Assembly (NCBI RefSeq): GCF_006345805.1
Contig: NC_043002.1
Coordinates: 75,454,001-75,518,000, forward strand
Length of the DNA: 64,000 nucleotides
DNA from: Octopus sinensis
Lineage: Eukaryota
Reading direction: 5' to 3'
Below are positions 27,215-37,772 of this stretch, one piece after another. The first letter of the stretch is position 1; each line of letters begins with the position of its first letter. Made by a program: the position numbers and the translations under genes. A model generated the notes under the pieces. The model was not told the DNA's origin and searched no databases. It saw only the letters and a program-made list of their open reading frames with translations.

Positions 27215-27699
27215 GTAAGCACCTTTAATAAATGAGTTTACAGGTGTTTACATTGGAAAAAACATTCTTGCTTTTTTAAAATAATATCTACCCCCTCATC
27301 AAGTAATAATTTCTGCAACTTACCTTTATTCTTGCTTCTCATAACCCATATTCTTCCCTTCATCTTTTCTTTCCATCTATCATCTATACTCTTTTGCTTG
27401 TACCTCCCTTTCTCCTTTAACTTTGTTCTTTCATTCCCTCTTTCTTCCTTTTCTTCTTCTCTTGCCCTATGGCATCTGTTTCCTCAACACCATTTTCAAA
27501 TTTCTAGCTTTCCCTTCACAACTTCACTTTCCATATATGTGTGTAGGTTTGTAGGTGTTCCTGTATGTATATGCATCTATATTTATGTATGTGTGCATGT
27601 GTTTATGTATGTGTATGTATGTAAGTATGTGTACATATGTTTATGCATGTGTGTGTTTGTAGGTGTGTGTATGTATGTGTGTACATGTATGTATATGTG

Positions 27700-27907
27700 T
27701 ATATTGGAGTTTCTTATGTCTGTTAAAATATCTAATTGATGAGCACTTATTTATATCCTCCCTGATGAGATTGATACATTGCTCTACATTATTCATTCTG
27801 TCAGATTTATTTTGAATGCATCCATCGAAACATATGTCGATGATATGAAGGTATAAATGAATTAATAACATCTTGAGCGTTTGTCTCCATTTTCAATTTT
27901 TTCCTAT
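27700..27907 (+). mobile_element. Penelope-like (PLE) terminal fragment with a hammerhead-type core at 27762-27838
   Basis: CTGATGA at 27762, helix II GATTGATACATT/AATGCATCCATC, GAAA at 27827, and C-ATAT-G-TC with predicted cleavage after 27838. Confidence 0.7.
27750..27860 (+). ncRNA. Putative type I minimal hammerhead ribozyme (helix I imperfect; activity uncertain)
   Basis: All conserved core nucleotides are present, with palindromic loop 3 (ACATATGT). Helix I needs a bulge and a mismatch (ATATCCTC/GATGATAT). Confidence 0.5.
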
Positions 27908-28184
27908 ATTTAAATGTATGTATAATATGCATTTATATCATCATCATCATCATTTAATGTTTGTTTTCCATGCTGGCATGAGTTGGACGGTTTTACTGAA
28001 AACTGGTAAGCTGGGGAGTAGCACCAGGTTCCAGTCTGATTTGGCAAGGTTTCTACGGCTTGTTGTCCTTGAACCTTTGCCAAGTCAGATTGGAACCTGG
28101 TGCAGCTTACCAGTATATGTGTGTGTGTGTGTGTATTTGTATGGACATTAAAATAATGTTGATAAATATGTTATTTATATATAA

Positions 28185-28299
28185 CTGATTAACATGCTTT
28201 TCACACTTGCGTCTCTTTTCTCATTGTAGGTAAGTACATGATTTATGAAAAAACCCTTCTTAAATGTTTCATCATTAAATTTTGGAATATGCGGTAAGT
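28185..28299 (+). promoter_or_regulatory. Candidate recursive splice site with a 64-nt RS-exon (28230-28293)
   Basis: Branch-like CTGATTAAC at 28185-28193, an AG-free pyrimidine tract, TAG|GTAAGT at 28229/28230, and a second donor GCG|GTAAGT at 28293/28294. Confidence 0.55.
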
Positions 28300-28589
28300 C
28301 TCCAATTTTTACCTAATGCTGTTAAAGTTGTTCCTTAAATAAATGGTAAAACAAGCCATGTTTTGGTTTAAAAGTGGAATCTAAAAAAAAAAAAATTAAG
28401 AAAAGAAGGGATCAGGATTCAATACTTGTAACCTTTATAAGATCCTCCAGATGTGGGTGGTTGATGTGGTTGATACCCAGTACACTGCTAGAACATCCCA
28501 AGGTCTGCAGGATATAAAAAAAAAAAAATGAAAATGGGTGGGGAGCTTGGGATGAAACCAGAGATCTTGTTAAAATGTTTACTATGATT

Positions 28590-28772
28590 AAGGCACCAAG
28601 CTGTCAAAATCATTAACACACTAGACAAAATGCTGTCTTAAAATCCTGCCATGGTCAACTTTGCCTTTCACCCTTTCGGGGTCGATAAAATAAGTACCAG
28701 TTTTTGGGGCTGATGCAGTCAATTATCTCCATCCTCTGAAATTGCTGGCCTTGTACCAAAATTTGAAACCAA
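28590..28772 (+). mobile_element. SINE family B
   Basis: CTTTGCCTTTCACCCTTTCGGGGTCGATAAAATAAGTACCAG...AAATTTGAAACC. Confidence 0.78.
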
Positions 28773-30450
28773 AATGTTTACAATTCAGAGCACTCTGCTA
28801 AAGGCACCCAAGTACTAAGGTACACATGTACTAAGGTACCCAAGTATGAAATGGCAGTGTTAAGACAGGCAATTTGTTGTGCTTCTTACAACAATTGTAG
28901 AGTCAGAGTTGTTTAGTTGAAATCAGTTAATATGTACCAGTTTTAACACTGACTAAATGTAAATTGTTATATAATGCATTAAAGTTTCAAACAATGCTTT
29001 AATCTCAAAAAGGAAAGGTTATTTATGTAATTGATTTTATTTTTTTCAAAATGATCATTTGTTAAGTTGTTTTAGGTGTTTGGTCTTTTAGTTTTTAGCT
29101 TTGATCTTAGAAGTGGAAAAGAAAGATGTTCTTGATTTTATTCTTTTATACTGTTTTATATTTTGTTTTTGTTTTTAAATATTCTTTTACTCTATAGCAT
29201 TTTTTGATAGAAGCATCCACTTTAAAAAAAGATTGTTAGTTTTGTTTTGTGCTTAATTTTTTGTATCTTCTTTAATAAAGAGAACAAATAAAGGGATTCC
29301 ATAGCCATCACTCACAAACAAGGATAATTTAGTAGTAGCAGGGACTTGGCTTTTACTGATTGTTTTAGGTGTCTGTGTAGTTGTGAGTAGACATGGACCT
29401 TTTTAGCTTTCTCCTTTTTGACCCTGTGAAACACCAAAGATGTGATAACTGGTGAGAGAAGGGGAGAGAGAGCAGCAGCAGCTGCTCTCATGTGCCTGTT
29501 ACTCACTTTTATCTGAGTAGACTGGATCAAACATGTAATCAAGAGCCTTGCTCAAGGACAATGCCTTATGATTGATTGCAAACCCAACAATCACTAAACA
29601 TGTCTTCACAACTTCAATAAATTATATATTTAAAAAAAGCCATGATGATATAACAATAGACTGTAATAGGTTAGGGTGCTAAAATGTAGTCTGATGACCA
29701 TATATGAAAACTATATTAATCTAATTCCAATCAGAAGCATTGGATCTGGAGTAGGTGATGCCATGAATTGATAAGTCGTGAAAGGTTCTGTGTGTTGGCT
29801 CTGCAGCCAATGCCTACCACCCAAGGATAAATCTATGTCTGTAAGAGTGTAAAATTATGATGAGGTATGGTTTCATCATCCATTATAATATGAAATTAGT
29901 GAATGCAGTAATATTTTTGTAAATGTGAGATATAACAAGACTGTTACTAGATGATTATCAGATTGGAAAACTGGTCTCTTTGGATCAATTTCATCACTTC
30001 TGTTAAATTAATTAAACCAATTGGTTGTAATTTAATTTTGAATAAATAGTGAAATTAATTGTAATTGGTAATGATTATTATCTTTTGTAGTATCTTGCAA
30101 ACTGCTTTTCTGAATAATCATTTTAATAGGTTTCTATGGCATGGGAAAATGGTAATGAGTTTGTGGGTGTGGGGATCGTGACAGGAAAATACTTTGGGAA
30201 CCATTGTGCAATAAAATTTTGAAAATGGACAGTTTATTTTTATTATTTTAAAGATTTTTATTAACTTTGTTTCCATTTTTTACAGCTGTAGTTATATTGC
30301 TTATTTTTCATATTCACATCTGTTGATTTTTCTTTCTATGTTTACCTTATTGTTTTACAAGTATTTTGCATTGTAGATTACATTACACCCGAGAGTGTTG
30401 GTGCATTAAGCCTTTCCTGAAATGTACTGAATGAATTCTGTCATTTTATT

Positions 30451-30745
30451 ATTACCTCTGCCTTAGCAAAGGCAGCGGTGTTGTTTTCAGTTGTATTTGT
30501 TTGTTTATTTGTCCACGGACAAGATATCTCAAAAATCGCTGGATGGATTTAGGTGAAACTTTCAGGGATGTTTGGCCTTGTGACTGCTTTTATATGGGGA
30601 TTTTGTTTCTTAAGATTCATTGTGAACAGTAGAATCCTATATTGTTAATTTTCAAGGTAGATTAAAACACATAGACCAGGTTCTTCAATAGAAATCTGTC
30701 ATTATTGCTGTCATTGCCACCAAGGTGATAGCAGAGGTGTCTATT
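30451..30745 (+). mobile_element. Helentron/DINE (HINE)-like non-autonomous element
   Basis: Begins ATTACCTCTGCC with hairpin CTGCCT-TAGCAA-AGGCAG. Sub-TIRs ACCTCTGC and GCAGAGGT, a (GTTT)n tract, the GATATCTCAAAAA..GGATGGATTT..GAAACTTTCAGG core, and T-rich flanks. Confidence 0.75.
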
Positions 30746-31004
30746 TTATTATGTTGGCATAAATAAGATGCAAGTTATTCAAGCATATTTCCTATGGTTT
30801 TCTGTTCTTCACATCCCCAGCTCTCATTTGTGTCCGAGTGAAGTACTATTTCCCCTAGTTCTTTTCCACAAGGAACAGCTCAGTGGCTGGACATGTTTTC
30901 GTGACAGACTGTAAAGAAAGACACCACTACATAGGCAGTGGAATTGTTTTTACACAACACACAAACATTTAAAAGCCACACATTTGAACACACACATGTG
31001 ACTG

Positions 31005-31150
31005 GCTTCCTTTATTGTCCGTCTATCAATTCTATGCTCAAGGCATTGGTCATCTCAAGGCAATAGTTGAAGACACCTGCTCTCAATGCCATGCAGTGGG
31101 ATCAAACCTGCAGTCCACCTGGATGCAAAGCGAACTTCTTAACTACACTC
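31005..31150 (-). mobile_element. SINE family A head and body, reverse
   Basis: GGCAATAGTTGAAGACACCTGC...TGCCATGCAGTGGGATCAAACC. Confidence 0.7.
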
Positions 31151-32486
31151 AGGCACGGAAAGAGAGAAGCTTCTTACACATTGTCTCTGAGATTCAAGTC
31201 ATCTTGATTAAACCACAGTCAAACTACAGTGTGCTGTAGTTACTACTGATGTAGTTTGAAGTAGCTGTTTACCGAAATAAGCATGTCACAGACAACACAT
31301 GTAATGCATAACTATGCATTATGTTATTCGAGGTCTTGAGTGTTATTTATGAATGAGGTACCATGTTCATTCTGTTCAAGTACCTTTACTGCTTTACCGT
31401 TTTGATCTAAGAGACGACAACAACCGCAACAAAATCGTGTCTTTTTTTGCTTTTTGTTTCTTTGCTTATATTTTCAACTATGTGTTTATATATATTTCTT
31501 TTCTCATTGTTGATTTTTCTCATATTTTTTAAAGTATTTTATTTTATTTTTTTTTCTTCTGTTTAAGTACATGTTTGCACAAGTCTCAAAGATTTTGTAT
31601 GTAATCAATCTCTGTCTGTTCCCCCCGCCTCCCTTTACGCATTTCTCTCTCCGCCGCCTTCTCAATACTCGTTTAGTTGCTTGTTTCTAATTTCACTTAC
31701 AACTGTTGTTTCTCTTAGTATTTTGAGCTTCATTCTTGCCGCCCCTCCCTCACTCTACTCCTTCCCCCATAACACACTCCAGATGTCTTGTTAATTTCTC
31801 TTATATTCCAATTTATTTCTTAAGGAGATAAGTGCTCTTTGTTCTTTAGTTTTATTTTGTGTGATTTCTTCTACTTTTTTTTTCTTCTATTTTCTCCTTA
31901 TGTATAATCATTTCATCTTTCAGTTGAGTAAATTATCTTATTTGTGGGTTTCCTCCTATTTATAGACAAAACTATATTTCCTTACATCACTGGTAAAACT
32001 ATTTAGTCTTTTTCCTCATTATAATTCGATGAGTTTTATTTTTGTTTTTTTTTTTAGTTTTTATTTCATGTATTTATTTATTGTTAACTCTTGTCTCTTC
32101 ACACCAACTTGCAATGTAAATTATTTTTTTTCCCACCCATTAACAAGTTTGCGACATTCAATAACTCAATTAGGGTTTCGTCGTCTTCGTTGTTGTTTTT
32201 TGCCACCATCTTCTTCCTCATCTTTTCCTTCATTGTCGTCGTTTTCGTCACTGCCACCGCTGCCATCATAGTCATCTTTGTAATCATTCTTCATCATCAT
32301 CGTCACCATCTCGTTTAATACCTGATATTTAATACCAACATGTGCCAGACAAAATCTACATATTTCTCCAAATCTTCTCTTTGTGCAGTACATAATGGTA
32401 GAGTTTTAGCGTGCTAGTGGCTACTAATGTAACTACTGCAACTGATACAAATTCTTTGCTTGGTTAGGTTATTGCTGTTATGTGTT

Positions 32487-32772
32487 TCTTCTTGAGCCAC
32501 GCCTGGTTCATAGGGCCGGTTTTCTTGGCGTATAGGTTCCCCACCTGGACAGGACGCTGGTCTGTTGCAGGCGAGCTGCAAGATGCAGGTGGAAAGAGTG
32601 AGAGAAAGTTGTGGCGAAAGAGTCAGCAGAAGTTCATCATTACTTTCTGCTGGAGCCATGTGGAGCTTAGGTGTTTCGTTCATAAGCACACACATCGCCC
32701 GGTCTGAGATTCGAACCCACAATCCCTCGACCACGAGTCCGCTGCTCTAACCACTTGGCCATGTGCCTCCAC
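32487..32772 (-). mobile_element. tRNA-derived SINE (family C), inverted relative to 26491
   Basis: Its reverse complement aligns end to end with 26491-26764, about 85% identity by eye. Confidence 0.88.
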
Positions 32773-33160
32773 TTGGTTAGATTAGGTGTAGGTTATTTTC
32801 TAGGCAGGCAAGAATTATCATCTATGATGCTCCTCTTTTGCCATGCTGGTATTATTTGTCAATGAAAAATAGAATTGCTTGGATTATGTATTTTGTCTGT
32901 CTCCCTTCTGCCTTCACTGATAGCATGCGGCTCATTGTTCCATTGAGTATTACCATACATGTAGACATTTTCTTTTCTTTCAAAAAAAACTCTTTTACAC
33001 ACACACATACACACACACAAATGTATTTGTTAGATAGGTTGGTAGATATGCACATCTATTGTGCATATAGATAGATATGCATGTGTATGTTTTTATATAT
33101 GTACATTAGATAGATATATATGTATGTATTGTGTTGTATTTATGACTGTGTGTGTGTATA

Positions 33161-33543
33161 CCAGCCAGAAGAGAATTAATGCATTCGAGCTTTGGTGTTG
33201 GAGAAGGCTTTTATGGATTCCATGGACAGTGAGGCTCTCACCAATGGAGAAGTTCTTAAGCAGATCAGGCTGAAAATGTCGCTAGAAGCTAGGATCACCA
33301 AGCATAGATTGGCATATTTCGGTCATGTTATGCGGAGAAAATCCCTGGAGAAGGACATCATGCTCGGAATGGTCAGTGGCAAGAGAAGAGGCTGACCAAG
33401 AACCCGCTAGCTTGACACCATGAAGAGGGATACCGGAATGGATATAGCCAATCTGAAAAAAGCGGCCCAGGATAGAACTGACTGGAGGACACTGATCCAA
33501 AGAGTAACCGAGAGTCGACTTCGACTGAGCAGATAGATAGATA
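33161..33543 (+). mobile_element. 5'-truncated BovB-like RTE LINE 3' end with a (GATA)n tail
   Basis: Translates KRINAFELWCWRRLLWIPWT / LAYFGHVMRRKSLEKDIMLGMVSGKRRG*PRTR*LD...QDRTDWRTLIQRVTESRLRLSR*, which parallels the BovB/RTE C-terminus. Confidence 0.88.
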
Positions 33544-33628
33544 GTGTGTATACACAAACATATATTGTGCAAATAGAGACATATACATATGTATATGTGT
33601 GTATGTACTGGTCTATATGGGTCTATAC

Positions 33629-33681
<53 letters not shown>

Positions 33682-36176
33682 TTCTGCCATATATTTTATG
33701 TATTGTCTTCATTGAAAAAAAAAAACCCCAAAAAAAAACACTCAACCAGCAGCTAAATTTTATATGTGAGTGCATGTTTATGCATACGTTTTGGTGTCAG
33801 GTGTTGAGGTTGGGCTGTGGATAAACTGCCAAATTGTTTCTCAAGCTTTACAAGTTGTATAGATTAGCGATGTGTTAGTTTTGGTGTTGGCATGTTGTTT
33901 ATTCCTCTGTCCTATGCAGTTCCATTATTTTCCCTCGAGAACACTGATTTCTGTGTATTACAACAGCAACAACAACTTTTAAATTTCTATATAATAATAA
34001 TAATAATAGTCCATTTTATTTTATGCCCAACATTAACGTGGTAGGACAAAGAAATGCACAATATATTGGCGCATCTCTAATCTATATACTGTTTATGTTA
34101 GTTAGGCATCAATAAAATAGAATATTATTAAATATATTGTAAGAGATGTTGTAGTATATGGAGACCAGTGTCGTAAACAAAGAATGTCAAAGTTTTCTTG
34201 AACAAGCTTTCTCTCTCTCTTTCCTTCTCTCTATTTCCTTCTCTCTCTCTATCTGTCTATTAAGCTCTGTCTCTTTCTTTTTACAATGACACTAAGTTTT
34301 ATGCTGAATTCTCTGGGAGACATTTAAGGAAGACTGGATGAATGTTGTGACATGCATGCCTTTCCCATGTGCGAAGCCACTTATTCAAAGTGAAATGAAA
34401 ATGTGTGATCAAGAAAAACAGCCACTAATAGCTTAATTTCAGTCGTGTCACAAACTATTTGCCTACAGTTCTATAGCATTCATCATTGTCATCATCATTA
34501 TTGCCAGCAGCAGCAGCACTACCACCACCACCATTATAATCAGCATCAGTTTGTTTTTTAACAATGGTATTCTATACACACACGTATACATATATCCATA
34601 AGTGTGTGTGTATATATAGAGAAAACGGGAGAGAGATGTGCATGGTGTGTGATTATATATACAGCGTACACACACGCACCCACACACATAGACCAACATA
34701 TAAGTACATACACATACATCCATAGTCATGTATACACTTATGTACAAACTTACGTGCATCCACGAACATTTAAAAATGGTGAGTAGATTCTTCAGTCAAT
34801 AGCTGCTGTGGTGGTACTATTTCAAGGCTTTAACTATTGATGTGCTCTTAATGCAATACAGTTGCCCAGCAGCATTATTTAAAATGCCACTGAGCTTAGA
34901 ATGTCATGGCTCCAGTTGTTTGAGATAGCAATGGTGATCTCTGGAGAAGTGAAGCGAAAATGTCGTTCACACACTTGACTGATGTCGGATTCTTTTTTTT
35001 TTTGTCTTTTTTTTTAACACCTTTTGTCTTTTTTCCATTCCAGTAGGCCTCTCATGCTGAACTTCCCACTTTCTCCTTCTCTCTCGTGTAAAAACTAATG
35101 TTTGTCAAGCTTCTGTCGGAACTCCTAAGCTCTAAAGTGGTTCCACTTTTGGTCAGTGTAGGAAATGGTTAGTGATTGAACTTATTTGCTCTTCGTTTGG
35201 AATTCAGTGCTGCAGTATGGTGTGTACATACTTATCTGTCTGTGTGTGTGTGTCTATGGACTGATCTGTGTGTGTGTGTGTGTGTGTATGTGTGTCAGTG
35301 TGTGTAGTTCACATTTGGTAAGGCAGGCACTGCCATTTTCTAAGTAGCTTATCTGCATAACATGATGAACAGATAATAACTGTTAAATGTAATATATGTA
35401 TGTGTGCGTGTGTATTTGATTGTGAGTGTCTGTGTACTTTTGTGTGTGTTTGTGTATATTTATGTATGCACCAGTATGTAGCTGTTTGCATGTGTGTGTG
35501 TATATATTCATATATGTATATACACACACACACACACACACACTGATACATATGCATGCACAAACTTGCACACATGCTCTTTCTTTTCTCTATCTCTTTC
35601 ATTCTCTGTTTGTCTGTCTGTCTCTCTCTCTCTCACTTACCCACTCATTCCCTCACATACAAAAGTGCTCAAGCATTCACACATTCACGGAAGCCTATCC
35701 ATCACCTAGAATTATGGCTGAAGTGCTGTCATAATGTTTTTGTCCATCTTTTACTTTACCTCTTCTTGCAAACTGACCGCCTTCAACTGCATTACCAGTG
35801 ACTATGGTGGACTGCATTTCCACCTTTCTCTCCCCATCTCTCTTTGTATACATATGTGTGTGTGTGTGTGTATTTTATTCTGCATTATATGCTAATGGCA
35901 AAATATTGGGATCCATATTTTAAACACTGCTTAGATTTATGCAATGTTATATTTGACTAGATGCCCATTTGTCAATTTGCTCAAAGTTGTAATTACCCAA
36001 GGTTTTGCCCCAACTATGGGTTCTTACATCCATTTGATTTTCAAACAAATTAATGGCAACATTTTGCTCTTCATATCTGTTATCCTCTTAAAAAAAGATT
36101 AATTACTCTATGTGGAATGAGAGAGAGCTTTTGGATTGCAGACTGAAAAAAAAAAGAAAATTAAAAATAAGTATAG

Positions 36177-36340
36177 GTGCAGGTTTGGCTGTGTGGTGAG
36201 AAGCTTGCTTCCCAATCACATGGTTCTGTGTTCAGTCCCACTGCATGGCACCTTGGGCAAGTGTCTTCTATTATAGCCTTGGGATAACTAAAGCCTTGTG
36301 TGTAGATTTGTAGACTGAAACTGAAAGAAGCCTGTGTGAT
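36177..36340 (+). mobile_element. SINE family A
   Basis: TGGCTGTGTGGTGAGAAG...GTTCAGTCCCACTGC..TTGGGCAAGTGTCTTCTATTATAGCC. Confidence 0.82.
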
Positions 36341-36492
36341 TTTGTGATTGAAGTTCATTGTTAAGAATGAGCAATAATAATACTGCTTCAATATTATTTC
36401 TTTCATTTAATAAATAAGTTGATATTATGGGAAAAGGAATTTGATATAATCAACTAAACTGAACTTTTTATTTTATTGGGGTATATCTGTCT

Positions 36493-36780
36493 ATGTGAAG
36501 GCACATGGCTTAGTGGTTAGTGTGTTGCATTCATGATCACTAGATCATGAGTTTGATTGCCAGAACCGGCAACGTGCTGCATTCTTGAGCAAAACACTTC
36601 ATTTCATGCTGCTTCTGTTTGTTCAGCTGTAAATGATTAACCCTGTGGCAGAATAGTCTTCTGATTGGGGGAATGTTGGCCTGCTCATCTAGCTAGTGGG
36701 ATGGCATCATTTGACAGCTAAAACAATGTGAAGCGCAGTGTGACCAGTGATGTATAACAACATCCGTTAGTCTGGTCAAT
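36493..36780 (+). mobile_element. tRNA-derived SINE family D
   Basis: GAAGGCACATGGCTTAGTGGTTAG...TTGAGCAAAACACTTCATTTCA. Confidence 0.72.
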
Positions 36781-37735
36781 ACTATCATATTTGTCCAGGG
36801 AGTCTGTGTTTCTCTTATTTAGTCCCAGGTCAGCTGTGATGATTTATCAGACCTATAATCAAAGGAATTCCAATCATGGCCATCCCATCTTTTCACACAT
36901 CCATCCCACTTCCATCACAGACATGACTGTGTGGTTAAGAAGTTCATTTCACAGCCATTTGATTTTGGTTTCAATTCCATCATTGTGTAGTATTTTGATC
37001 AAGTGCCTTCTTTTATTGCCTCAGTTTGACCAGTGACTCGTAAGTGAAGTTTGTAGCTGGAAACTGTAGTAATCACATCTTGTGTATGTGGATGTTGATA
37101 TTTTGCTTGTCCCTGTTTAAGTGAAGCAGTGGCTGACATTCCATGTGGTCATTTATGGCCATTACTTTGTAGTTTTGTATATAAAAACGCCACGCCTGAC
37201 CTTAAAAATGGGTGAGGGTTGGCAGCAGGTAGAGCATCTGACTGTAAGAATCTTACTGCAAAAACCAATTCCAGTCCAGGCTAGCATCGAGAAGTAGATA
37301 GATATTAAATGAACAAACTACATTATCCAATGTGTCTTTCTAAAGCTGACATTGTTGGGTTTGAGAAAAATTTTACTACTATTTCTAGCATATTAAACGA
37401 CCATGTTTAGGTATGCCCCTGCTCCTTCATTTGCTTGTTTTCCTACTATAGATTTGATTGGCAGAGTAGACCTCTGAGTGGTTTAAACCTGGCATAATGA
37501 AGTCCAAAAGTAGATGTTCTTGATGGTCTAGTAGACAGGCCATGCCTGTCTCTCTCTGCCAACCACTGATCTTAATGAAGATACTTGTGAGGATTCATTT
37601 ATCACAGTTTACATGCCCATAATTGTTAAGTAAAATCAAGATTGGAAAGCAATATTGAATAACATAGCTGGATCCATCTTGTGTGTGTTTATGTGTGTGT
37701 TTGTGTGTATATGTATGTTTGCATGTGTATTTATG

Positions 37736-37772
<37 letters not shown>

